The notes under the pieces: model-generated
Databases searched by the model: none
What the model was told of the DNA's origin: nothing
What the model saw: only the letters and a program-made list of their open reading frames with translations
Made by a program: the position numbers and the translations under genes
DNA from: Eledone cirrhosa
Taxonomy: Eukaryota
NCBI GenBank assembly: GCA_964016885.1
Contig: OZ024740.1
Location: 79,794,001 to 79,858,000 of the forward strand
Length of the DNA: 64,000 nucleotides
Direction: 5' to 3'
Part shown: one piece after another, positions 1-11,944 of the stretch
Position numbering within the stretch: the stretch's first letter is position 1
Layout of the letters: each line of letters starts with the position of its first letter

Positions 1-429
1 GATAGGAACCAATAGTTTTGCTGGCTGTTTTATTTGTTCAGTACACTAGTGTATATAACCATTACTATCTGACCAACAAGTACTGCCCTTTCATTCTTCC
101 TTCTCTTTCCTGTTGTTAATTGACTAACATCTCTTTTACTTGAGTGCGTAATTCTTCAAACTTCCCTCATTGTAATTGTTTATTTTCTGTTTTAAAAAAC
201 AAAATAAGTTTTACAGAAATGTTATCATTCTTTTTGTTTAGTTTGAATTTTTGCTTGTTTGGTTTTTTCTATGACGATATACAGGATTGCGCAAAAGTAA
301 CTTGGCCATTATATATACAGATATATGTATATATATACAGTATATAAAGAGAGTTTGCGGTACTGAGTCCGAGGAGACCAAACCAAAACCGCATGGTGTT
401 GTGGTCAGAATTTTACATATCTTTCTCTT

Positions 430-2095
430 CACTGTTCTACGTCCATTCTTCCACACTAGCATGAGTTAGTCGGGTTGTCCTGTTGTGAGCAGTGTCCAGT
501 CGGCTGACCTTGTCTTGCTCATACGGGAACTGATTGTGGCTTGAATTCTACAGCTGGATGCCCTTCCTAACACCAACCTCATTTACAGTGAGTGCTGGGT
601 GCTTTTTTTCCATGGTGTCTACATGACCACTTTACAGTGTGGGCTGGGTGCTTTTTTGCCGTGGCACCTCCATGACCACTTGCAATGGGAGGGGGTGGGG
701 GCATATTCACTATATGCTTCAGCTTCGGTTTGTACCCGTGGGAAGTCGGGTACAAATTGTATTACTGTATCACTGCATGATGCCAGAGGTCACGGTCATG
801 TGTCATTGCCTTTGAGAGGTGCAATTGGGTAATGTCGGCTTTTATCACCTCATCCCAGATCTTCTTGGGTCTTCCCACTCCACGGCTTCCATTGATTTCT
901 AGTGCTCTGCACCTTTTTATGCAGCTGTCATCCTTCATATGCATCACATGTCTATACCAACACAACCTCCTCTCCTGCACACAGCATTTGATTCCGCTTA
1001 TGCTCAGTCTTTCTCTCAATTCGTTTATGCTTTGCTGTTCGTGTATATTACTGTTACACATCCATCGGAGCATGGAAGCTTTGTTTCTTTCTAATCTACG
1101 CAAGTCTTCTACACACACCGCCCAGGTCTCACTGCCATGTAACATTGTTGTTCGTATACATGCATCATACAGTCTGCCTTTCATTTTGAGGGAAAAGCCT
1201 TTTACAGCTAGCAGTGGCAGTAGCTCCCTGAACTTCTTCCATCCTGTTCTTACCCTGGTTACTGTACTTTCCGAACACCCACCTCCGCTGCTAATTCGGT
1301 CACCTAGGTAGCAGAAGCTGTCTACTGTTTCTACAGAGCCCTCCCAGAGTTTGGTGGTACTTGTTTCCTGTGGCCGTTTGCTGCTTGCTGTCCCAGCGCA
1401 GCTGCTACATGTAAAGCCTACATTCTTAGCTAAGCTTCCTGAGATCCTGCTACATCTCTTGTGTACCCATTATTTGCATTTGGGGAAGAGGATGGAGCTC
1501 CTACCTACACCTTTCCTACATACTGAGCAAGGCCATTTCCCTGAAGGGATCTGGGTTCTCCTTTCTCTTCTACTTACGAGGACCTTAGTCTTTGTCAGGC
1601 TGACTTTGAGACTCTTTCTTTTTAGTCCCTGCTTCCGTGTTTGGAATTTCTTCTCTAGTTCCACCATAGATTCAGCTATAAGTGTGAGATCATCCGCATA
1701 TAGGAGTTCCTATGAGTATCCGGTCTTAAACTCCTCTGTTATTGCCTGCAATACTATAATGAACAGGAGAGGGCTAAGAACAAAGCCCTGGTGGACACCG
1801 ACCTGTATGCTAAATTCCTCGCTATAGTCATTGCTAACCCTAACTTTGCTGACTGCACCTCTATACATGGCTTGTACAACTTTCACATTTACTCCTCGTT
1901 TTCTAATATCCCACCAGATTATAGCACGGGGCACTCTGTCGAAGGTTTTTTCCAGATCGACAAATGCCAGGTAGAGCAGCTTACCTTTAGCTAGGTACTT
2001 TACCTGTAACTGCCTCACAAGATGGCATCGGTGGTGTCTTTTCCTGGTACAAACCCAAATTGCATATCATCTAGTTTTACCCGGTCCCTAAACAA
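430..2095 (-). mobile_element. 5'-truncated, degenerate RTE-clade LINE (RT core, PHD-like insert, C-terminus, 3' UTR)
   Basis: ORFs 1710-2018 (FVDLEKTFDRV, GVHQGFVLSPLLF), ELLYADD read at ~1689-1709, ORFs 1470-1667 and 762-1184 (MLHGSETW, ERRLCWYRHV); interrupted by stops and frameshifts. Confidence 0.93.
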
Positions 2096-2833
2096 CGGTG
2101 CTATATATATATATAAATATGGATTGAGGAAGGCGTGGTTGTGTGGTTACTGATAAAGACTGTTTGAAGGTAAGGCAACACAAACAAGAGACGGAAAGTT
2201 TCCCTTCGTCAGCTGTTTCCCTTCGTCATGGATGTTTCGACGCATTATAAACAGAACATCGATCCATAGCGCTCCCATAGCCTTTTATCTATCAAAAAGC
2301 TATGAGGGAAAGAAGTGATAGCAAAGAGAGAGAAAGAAAGAAAAAAAGAGAAGAAAAAAAAGGAAAAAACGAAGTAAACATACCGATAGAAAGAGGAACA
2401 CAGGACAATGGCACATGTATGTAAGTAACCAAAGAGAAAATATAGATCAAGTCAAACAAAGCTGTTGGGTTTAAGGCTGGGGGCCATTATATATATATAA
2501 TATATATATATTTCATTATTCATCATCATCATTTTAATGTCCGCTTTCCGGGCTAGCAAACATATAGTATATATATATAAAACAAAATTTGTTTTTGCTC
2601 TTAACATGGTGGATACCTAAATGTATTCGTGAGTGAATAGTTTCCCCATATTTTTATTGTTCTTATTAATATGCAATTTAATTGCATTATACACTTACGT
2701 TGCATGAAGAAGGCTACAAACTGAAACCGGTATGAATAATGTGGAAATTCCTATTTTGTAAATAAATGTTTTGCTGTTATTCTGAGAGAAAATGCCTTTA
2801 GCATTTTCTACTGTTTTTTTCATTTTTCACTAT

Positions 2834-2864
<31 letters not shown>

Positions 2865-2889
2865 ATATACACACACATATATATATATA

Positions 2890-3080
2890 TGTATATATAT
2901 GTAATTACATAAAAAAACAACACAATATAATTATTCCATTACCAAACGTTTCAGGAAACTAGACAATCTTAATAGAAACGTCCAGTTCGTTCATCAGATG
3001 AAATAGTTATGGTTTGGATGTAAGATTTAAAATTAATAGCTATTAAAAATGAAAGTGAGGCTGAGTATAATATATAAATA
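2890..3080 (-). repeat. Hammerhead-bearing pLTR-like segment, inverted copy of 9470-9655
   Basis: Reverse complement aligns to 9470-9655 with few mismatches. Confidence 0.85.
2932..3005 (-). ncRNA. Type I hammerhead ribozyme motif
   Basis: Minus strand: tatttcat-CTGATGA-stem II (gaactggac/gtctagttt)-GAAAC-gtttg-GTA-atggaata; 8-bp stem I. Confidence 0.8.
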
Positions 3081-3159
3081 TGTATATCATCATCATCATC
3101 ACCACCGTTTTACATCCGTTTTTCCACGTTAGCATGGCTTAGACGGGTTGTCCTGTATA

Positions 3160-3406
3160 TATAATCATCATCATTTTACGTCCGCTTTCCCCTGCTTACA
3201 AGGGTGGGACAGGAACTGATTCTGGCTTGATTTCTACAGCTGGATGCCCTTCCTAACACCAACCTCATTTTACATTGCTGAGTAAACTGGAGCAATGTGA
3301 AATAAAGTGTCTTGCTCAAGGAAACAACACATCACCCAGTCTGAGAATTGAACTCACAACCTTTCGATTGCAAGGCCAATGCTCTAATCACTAAGCCATG
3401 TTGCCT

Positions 3407-3409
<3 letters not shown>
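3160..3409 (-). mobile_element. tRNA-derived SINE with RTE-type tail, internally deleted
   Basis: Matches head and tail of 10100-10435 but lacks the middle segment. Confidence 0.88.
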
Positions 3410-4433
<1,024 letters not shown>

Positions 4434-4437
<4 letters not shown>

Positions 4438-4838
4438 GAGGGTCATGTTGCCAATAAGAAACACACGCACCAGTTGCTTTTACTTCAATTTATTATAATA
4501 AATTTATAAATTTAGGAATTTATAAATTTCCGTTTGGTTGGTTGGTTCCACAAACAGATGATTGTTTATATATTGTCAAAGTTCTTTCGTCACATATTCT
4601 GTGACCTCTTCAGTGACTGGGGATTCTTTTCTTTGTTTTTTGTGCCTCTCCTTTGTTCTGTCCTACGCCATCTTGTTTTGTGACGAAAGAACTTTGACAA
4701 TATATAAACAATCATCTGGTTGTGGAACCAACCAACCAACCGGAAATTTATAAATTCCTAAATTTATAAATTTATTATAATAAATTGAAGTGAAAGCAAC
4801 TGGTGCGTGTGTTTCTTATTGGCAACATCACCCTCCAA
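4434..4838. repeat. Fold-back element with ~160-bp inverted arms (4434-4594 / 4679-4838), pLTR-like; related copy at ~33290-33480
   Basis: Arms are near-exact reverse complements; hammerhead overlaps the left arm/spacer boundary. Confidence 0.88.
4575..4617 (-). ncRNA. Minimal hammerhead-like motif
   Basis: Minus strand: gtca-CTGAAGA-g-gtcac agaatat gtgac-GAAA-gaac-TT-tgac; one unpaired extra G before stem II. Confidence 0.6.
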
Positions 4839-4887
4839 AAGTATAACAATATCGGTTTCAACACCTTATATCCATGTAGGAGAACCC

Positions 4888-5420
4888 CTACCGATGCGCT
4901 GAACGAGTGTGACTTTTTAGTCCAGCCAGCAACTTGAAAACTCTGGTACAAACACTACACTTGTGACAATTATTGACACATAGTGCTGGGCCCATGGTAC
5001 CATGTGATGACAAGTGCAGAGAGATCTCCAGATATAAAGCAAAATGCCTGTGTCGTGAAGCTTTTATAGTGAGCAAAGGCACTGCACAAAGCCAGTCTCA
5101 CTCTCTTAACCAAGATGATATTTACCAAAAAGAAGAACAAGTCAACATCATTGGATACCATCAGGGTTGCAGGTGTTATATCAGAGTTTTCCTTCTCCTA
5201 GAATTCTGCCTTGACAAAGGCTAAGGGTCATCTCTCCCGGTGATTTTGGATGGCCATTGACTCTTAAGAGCTCCTTTGCCCTTTGACAGGTTTTGTTTTT
5301 AGTCCTGCAAGATGTCCAAAGTCACCCTCCTCACCAAGAAACCTTGGTGGGGTTGCCAGTTTAGTTGCCAACGACCCGACCATGAGACAGGTTGTACTGG
5401 GATACATGTTACCAGTAGCA
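4888..5420 (-). mobile_element. Internally deleted RTE-like element: 5' UTR joined to C-terminal C2H2 zinc finger
   Basis: CSVCTRVFKLLAGLKSHTRSAHR* ends at 4888; 5325-5420 is homologous to 53057-53155. Confidence 0.6.
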
Positions 5421-5453
5421 CCAACATACATACATACATACATACATATATAC

Positions 5454-5637
<184 letters not shown>

Positions 5638-6233
5638 CACATACAAATGGAAGTTTAGTAAAATCGAAGTTTTGGCTGTGGCCAAGCTAACAATATACAT
5701 TTAGAAATGTACAGCAAAGCACTCAATAAGGATGTGTCACCTTAGAGTAATTAACATACGTTAGATAGTGTGACAAATTGAAACCTGCGGCAGGCGAACC
5801 TAGCCACAACACCAAAGCAACGAAAATACAATCAGGTTAGATAACAAACCTGAACCATCTCGAAAGGTATTGTGCAATATCTCTGATAGGTTTCTATGAA
5901 TCCAAAATCAACAATCCTACTTGCACTATATGCAAGTTTGTGGTATTCGAACTGTGGACTCATGTTATCAACAGGTTTCCGTTCTGTGCCTCGAACCGGT
6001 GTTAAGTGTAGCAGTAGGCTACTACGAATAGAAGCAGTCAATGTTTCACTATCACGTGCTTTTACCCCAACAAGAGAAGTGACCCCAGGTTTTTGGCGAG
6101 CAAATTTAAAGGGTGAACAAAGGAATTCATTCCATTCCACAAACCGAATAAGAAGCTCTTGACTAGACGTTATTAAACAAACATAAATAATTAACCAATC
6201 AATAGAATTGTCTAATTAAATCATATATATATG

Positions 6234-6271
<38 letters not shown>

Positions 6272-6342
6272 AAGAAAAAGGGATGAAATCGAAAATGCAA
6301 CTGAAGTCTTATTTTTTTTTAAATATATATATTTATTTGGTT

Positions 6343-6380
6343 CCTTTACCGGTTTCGCAGTTCTTCTGCTTTTCAAAAGG
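6343..6380 (-). ncRNA. Minimal hammerhead, U3-A8 variant core (inverted pLTR copy)
   Basis: Exact reverse complement of 9268-9305. Confidence 0.78.
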
Positions 6381-6892
6381 TGAGTTGAGATGGAGGGTCT
6401 GTGGTTTTTCTCACATCTGGTTGGTCTCTAAATGTTACTTGTTTTATATGGAAAAACTGGCTCGAAAACCAGGTTTTTCGAGAAGTAATTTGATTGGTTT
6501 GTCAATAATTATAATAAATTTCGCGCCAGTTCGCGTTACAATAGTTCTTCAAATAAGAGAGGGGGGGGGGGTTGTCACAGGTTGTTTTTTCATATATGAG
6601 TGTTTGAATTTCTTTTTACTTGAAAAAATGAGGCTCACGAAGGCTTTTTTTTGGTTGGTTATAAATGAAATTTGGCTGTCACGTGAACAAGTTTTCATTA
6701 CATTTTTGCGCCCTTATTTGGAAAACTATTCTGTAGTCTATAGTGAATGTTATGACAATGGAGAGATAGTGGTCAAGGGAAAAGGGATTGGGAGAAATGT
6801 TCTGGTTCAGTGAATATGGCCAGCTGTCAGAGTTCAGGTGTCAGAGTTCAGATTTTCTATTGAGACTGAAGATATGTGTTTATTTGTGTGCT

Positions 6893-6925
<33 letters not shown>

Positions 6926-6942
6926 ATGTGTGTATTGGAAGA

Positions 6943-8241
6943 TGATTCCCAATGAGATACCTGACAGAATAGAAAAAAGCTTCATCACCGAGGGATTAAA
7001 ATTCATCCTACAGAACAACTTTTTTGATTTCGATGGCAATACTTACAAGCAAATATCGGGGACTGCGATGGGCACAAAAGCCGCTCCAACTTATGCCAAC
7101 TTAGTCATGGCATACTTAGAAGTCCAGATATATGAACAGTCCAAATCAAAATACGGATTGAACTTCCACAAATATTTATCAGAGAATTGGAAACGCTACT
7201 TGGATGATTGCCTCATTCGTTGGTCCCACACACTCGACCAACTGAAGGATTTCAAAAACTTAATAAACGGCATCAATAACCACATCCAATTCACAATGGA
7301 ATACAGCCAAGATCAACTCCCATTTCTGGACATCTTAATCACAAAAAAAGACACAAATATCGAAACTGACATACACTACAAACCAACAGATTCCAAACAA
7401 TATCTGCTATTCACCTCCAACCATCCAAAGCACACGAAGACGAACATTCCTTTTAACCTAGCAAGAAGAATTTGCACAATTGTCTCCAATTATGAAACGC
7501 GAAATAAAAGACTTCAAGAATTAAAGGAAATTCTACTTGAGAGAGAGTACCCACTATTACTAATAAATAATGGAATAGAAAGGGCTAAAGCAATAGGCAT
7601 TGATGAATTACGGAAACAGAAACAAATTCAATATTCTATCATATATCTCAACACACAACCCAAGAAATGCGGAAGCTTACAACACTATTCACAATAACAT
7701 CCCACTACTAAAACAAAACCCAAGAATGAAAAAAGCCCTTGAAACACACAAAATAATCAAAAGCAAAAGACAACCAAAATCACTGAAAACATTACTCACC
7801 AATGCCAAATTACCTACCACAAACCCACAACTAAGTATCAAAAAATGTGGTCGCTCTAATTGTGGAACCTGCACTCACCTCATTGAAGGCAACACGTATA
7901 CATTTAAATCAGGACAAAATTTTACTGTAAAAAATCACTTCACTTGCTCATCAAAAAATCTAATTTATGCCATTAAATGTAAAGGATGCAATGAAGATTA
8001 TATAGGACAAACTAAACTCACACTCAGAAACAGAATGACAGTTCATCGCCAACAATTACGAGATCCAACCACGAGACAAATACCACTAAGTGCACATCTA
8101 GACATTTGCGCAAGTAATAAGACACCCAAATTCCAAGTCTTCCCATTTTACCTTTGCGCTAACAATACAACAGAACAAATGCGAATAAATAAGGAAAATA
8201 TGTTTATTCAAAAATATAGACCAACATTAAATAAGGTTTAA
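6943..8241 (+). pseudogene. PLE reverse transcriptase (partial) plus GIY-YIG endonuclease, one frameshift near 7600-7640
   Basis: QISGTAMGTKAAPTYANL, WKRYLDD, LPFLDI, YKPTD; Cys linker CGRSNCGTC; NLIYAIKCKGC-YIGQT-R-H. Confidence 0.93.
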
Positions 8242-8723
8242 TATACATCATGTCAACACCACAATATGACATACACACACACACATAACACCTACTTTAG
8301 AAAATAAAAACCCGAACTAAATAAACCTTAAACATACGTTTGCACTGGCAAACACGAAAAAGTCAGGAAAATATGTTCATTCAAAAATATTCCTACTAAA
8401 GGAATCATTTTCCTACACACACACATACACACACACAATATATATATATATATATATATATATTCTCTTCATCTTAACATGCTAACCATACTCCCACACA
8501 CATAACACCCATACACACACATAAAAACCCCCACACCTACAACACCCTCCCCATTTCTACTAATAGAACCACTTTCCTACACACATATATATATACACAC
8601 ACACAAAAAATATATATTCTTTCTATCTAACATACTCGCACACACACACATAACACCCATATACACACACACACAACTCCCTCCCCCATCTCTACTAATA
8701 GAATCATCTTCCAATACACACAT

Positions 8724-8754
<31 letters not shown>

Positions 8755-9267
8755 AGCACACAAATAAACACATATCTTCAGTCTCAATAGAAAATCTGAA
8801 CTCTGACACCTGAACTCTGACAGCTGGCCATATTCACTGAACCAGAACATTTCTCCCAATCCCTTTTCCCTTGACCACTATCTCTCCATTGTCATAACAT
8901 TCACTATAGACTACAGAATAGTTTTCCAAATAAGGGCGCAAAAATGTAATGAAAACTTGTTCACGTGACAGCCAAATTTCATTTATAACCAACCAAAAAA
9001 AAGCCTTCGTGAGCCTCATTTTTTCAAGTAAAAAGAAATTCAAACACTCATATATGAAAAAACAACCTGTGACAACCCCCCCCCCCCTCTCTTATTTGAA
9101 GAACTATTGTAACGCGAACTGGCGCGAAATTTATTATAATTATTGACAAACCAATCAAATTACTTCTCGAAAAACCTGGTTTTCGAGCCAGTTTTTCCAT
9201 ATAAAACAAGTAACATTTAGAGACCAACCAGATGTGAGAAAAACCACAGACCCTCCATCTCAACTCA

Positions 9268-9305
9268 CCTTTTGAAAAGCAGAAGAACTGCGAAACCGGT
9301 AAAGG
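9268..9305 (+). ncRNA. Minimal type I hammerhead, U3-A8 variant core
   Basis: cctt-TTGAAAA-gcag aagaa ctgc-GAAA-ccgg-TA-aagg; palindromic stem III ACCGGT. Confidence 0.8.
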
Positions 9306-9544
9306 AACCAAATAAATATATATATCTTTAAAAAAATAAGACTTCAGTTGCATTTTCGATTTCATCCCTTTTTCTTTATACTTCCACTCGTGTAGGACAC
9401 CTCGGTTATTTTTCATTTTGTAAAAAAAAACCTCACTTTCTAATATATATATATATATATACATATTTATATACATATATTATACTCAGCCTCACTTTCA
9501 TTTTTAATAGCTATTAATTTTGAATCTTACATCCAAAACATAAC

Positions 9545-9618
9545 TATTTCATCTGATGAATGAACTGGACGTTTCTATTAAGATTGTCTAGTTTCCTGAA
9601 ACATTTGGTAATGGAATA
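9545..9618 (+). ncRNA. Type I hammerhead ribozyme motif
   Basis: tatttcat-CTGATGA-long stem II-GAAAC-atttg-GTA-atggaata. Confidence 0.8.
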
Positions 9619-9784
9619 ATTATATTGTGTTGTTTATTATGTAATTACATATATATACATATATGTGTGTGTATATCTATATATATGTATATATATGTAT
9701 ATATATATGTATATATATATGTGTGTGTGCGTGTGTGTTTCTTTCTTTCTGTTAAATTTGATGTCCAATCTTACCCCTCCATAC

Positions 9785-9835
<51 letters not shown>

Positions 9836-9979
9836 CTCTCTCTCTCTCTCTCTGTTTTACCTTTGCTGTCAAATCTAAACCACCGCCGCCACCACCACCA
9901 CTCTCAATCCCCACCTCACCACTTCTGTCTCCGTAGAGATAGGCAGGACCCAATATCTATAGCATTCTTTTTTTTTATC

Positions 9980-10013
<34 letters not shown>

Positions 10014-10099
10014 TAGACTGAGACCGACGACGCGTCAGATGCCGTCAGCGCCGTTCGCAGTTCGCTGCGTGCCGGTTGCGCGGTGTCGCGCATCTACTT

Positions 10100-10435
10100 G
10101 TGGAGGCACATGGCTTAGTGGTTAGAGCATTGGCCTTGCAATCGAAAGGTTGTGAGTTCAATTCTCAGACCGGGTGATGTGTTGTTTCCTTGAGCAAGAC
10201 ACTTTATTTCACATTGCTCCAGTTTACTCAGCTGTAGAAATGAGATGATAGGGACTGGGGTCCCTATCAGTCCACTGCAAAGTGGTCGTGGAGGTGCCAC
10301 GGCAAAAAAGCACCCAGCACTCACTGTAAATGAGGTTGGTGTTAGGAAGGGCATCCAGCTGTAGAAATCAAGCCAGAATCAGTTCCCGTCCCACCCTTGC
10401 AAGCAGGGAAAAGCGGACATAAAAATGAAAAATGA
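10100..10435 (+). mobile_element. Full-length tRNA-derived SINE with RTE-derived tail
   Basis: A box TGGCTTAGTGG, B box GAGTTCAATTC, core CCTTGAGCAAGACACTT; tail nearly identical to RTE 3' end at 32531-32575. Confidence 0.92.
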
Positions 10436-10479
10436 AATCATATATATATATATGTATATATATATATGTATATATCATC

Positions 10480-10822
10480 ATCATCATCATCATCATCATT
10501 TTACGTCCACTTTTCCCTGCTTGCAAGGGTGGGACGGGAACTGATTCTGGCTTGATTTCTACAGATGGATACCCTTCCTAACACCAACCTCATTTACAGT
10601 GAGTGCTGGGTGCTTTTTTTCCGTGGCACCTGCACAACCACTTAGCAGTGGAATGATATGGACACCAGTCCCTATCATCTCATATCTACAGCTGAGTAAA
10701 CTGGAGCAATGGGAAATAAATTGTCTTGCTCAAGGAAACAACACATCACCCGGTCTGAGAATTGAACTCACAACCTTTCGATTGCAAAGCCAATGCTCTA
10801 ACCACTAAGCCATGTGCCTCCA
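10480..10822 (-). mobile_element. Same SINE family, tail-to-tail with 10100-10435
   Basis: Reverse-complement match; (ATG)n tail. Confidence 0.92.
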
Positions 10823-11259
10823 TATATGTATATATATATATATATATGCATGTATATATATCGCATAGTTGCGAATATGGTTGTCTTATTTCTATGGAAA
10901 CAACTGAGAAGTACTAACTGGATTGACGTCAAATGGTCCCCAATGTTTAGCAACTCAATAGGGAAACCTTTAATTTCTTTTCTTTTTCTTTCTCTTGCTT
11001 TTCCTCTTCTTATTTTTCTTTCATCTTAACTTTCCTCACTAGAATATTCATTCTAATATTCTTCTGCTCTTTCTCTCCTTTCTCTCATTTCTCTCAGAGA
11101 TTTTCTTTTAATTTTCTTCTTCTATTTCTTCTCTTTCTTTATTCTTTCATCTTAACTTTCTTCTCTAGAATATACATTCTTTCTCTACTTTTTCTTCCTT
11201 CCATTCATCTCTCTTATGTTTTTGTTTTGCTCAGAAATTTCATTATTTATATATAATAT

Positions 11260-11843
11260 CATGTGATGCGCATGAAAGACGACAGCTGTATAAAAAAAGT
11301 GCAGGGCAATAAAAATAGACGGTAGCCACGGAGTAGGCAGACCCAGAAAAATATGGGACGACTTGATAAATTCCGACCTCACACACTTACACCTCTCCAA
11401 GACAATGTCACTGGACTGAGATCTTTGGCGCTACACAGTAATAGAGAAGACCTGCCTTACCTAAGTGCAAAGTGAAACCTACTACAGTCAGTAAATACAC
11501 CCCCGTCCCACTATCCCCACCCCATCCACACCACCCCTTTCAATGTAAAGTTATGTTGGTACCACAACATCCAGCTCGAAACAAATGAGGTCGTGTAGGT
11601 GTCACGAAAAAAAAAAACACACAGTCCACGCTGTAATGTGGCCGTGTAGGTAACACGGTAAAAACCACCCAGTTCCACACTGTAAATGTGGTTGGTGTTA
11701 GGAAGGGCATCCAGCCGTAGAAAACCCGCCAGACAGTCCTATGTGAGCAAGACAACCACTCTTGCCTCAAGTGGGAAAACTCCTGTCCAAACCCATGCGA
11801 GCGTGGAATATGGACGATAAACAAAGATGATGATGATGATGAT
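11260..11843 (+). mobile_element. RTE LINE 3' fragment with 3' UTR and (GAT)n tail
   Basis: Encodes HVMRMKDDSCIKKCRAIKIDGSHGVGRPRK; closely matches 19960-20660. Confidence 0.88.
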
Positions 11844-11944
11844 GCGTTATATATATAAACAATGAGTTATTTGGTTTGTTGATTATTCAACAAAGTTAAT
11901 TTACAACAGATTAGAAGCACTCAAAGAATGTTTCCGGAGTATCA

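Larger units (their letters stand above)
6268..9380 (+). mobile_element. Penelope-like element (Neptune-type), 5'-truncated, with inverted 5' pLTR
   Basis: RT and GIY-YIG ORFs; 6268-6948 is the reverse complement of 8701-9380; flanked by TA-rich repeats; hammerhead in the pLTR. Confidence 0.95.

Noticed and set aside
2697-2737. Additional hammerhead (ATGAAGA...GAAACCGGTA); similar partial motifs near 2150-2240, 18775-18895, 20900-20935, 33413-33454, 34000-34045
   Set aside because: Core or stem I broken; at best decayed remnants
5832-6162. Overlapping ORFs in a moderately GC-rich block
   Set aside because: No domain or ribozyme motif recognised; probably an unclassified repeat fragment
6235-6813. 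192-aa ORF and its mirror at 8834-9476
   Set aside because: Antisense reading of the pLTR; no recognisable domain
10100-10175. tRNA gene
   Set aside because: tRNA-like head continues into the SINE body in all copies
10115-10354. Recurrent MPFLTPTS...QCSNH ORFs
   Set aside because: Antisense frames of SINE copies
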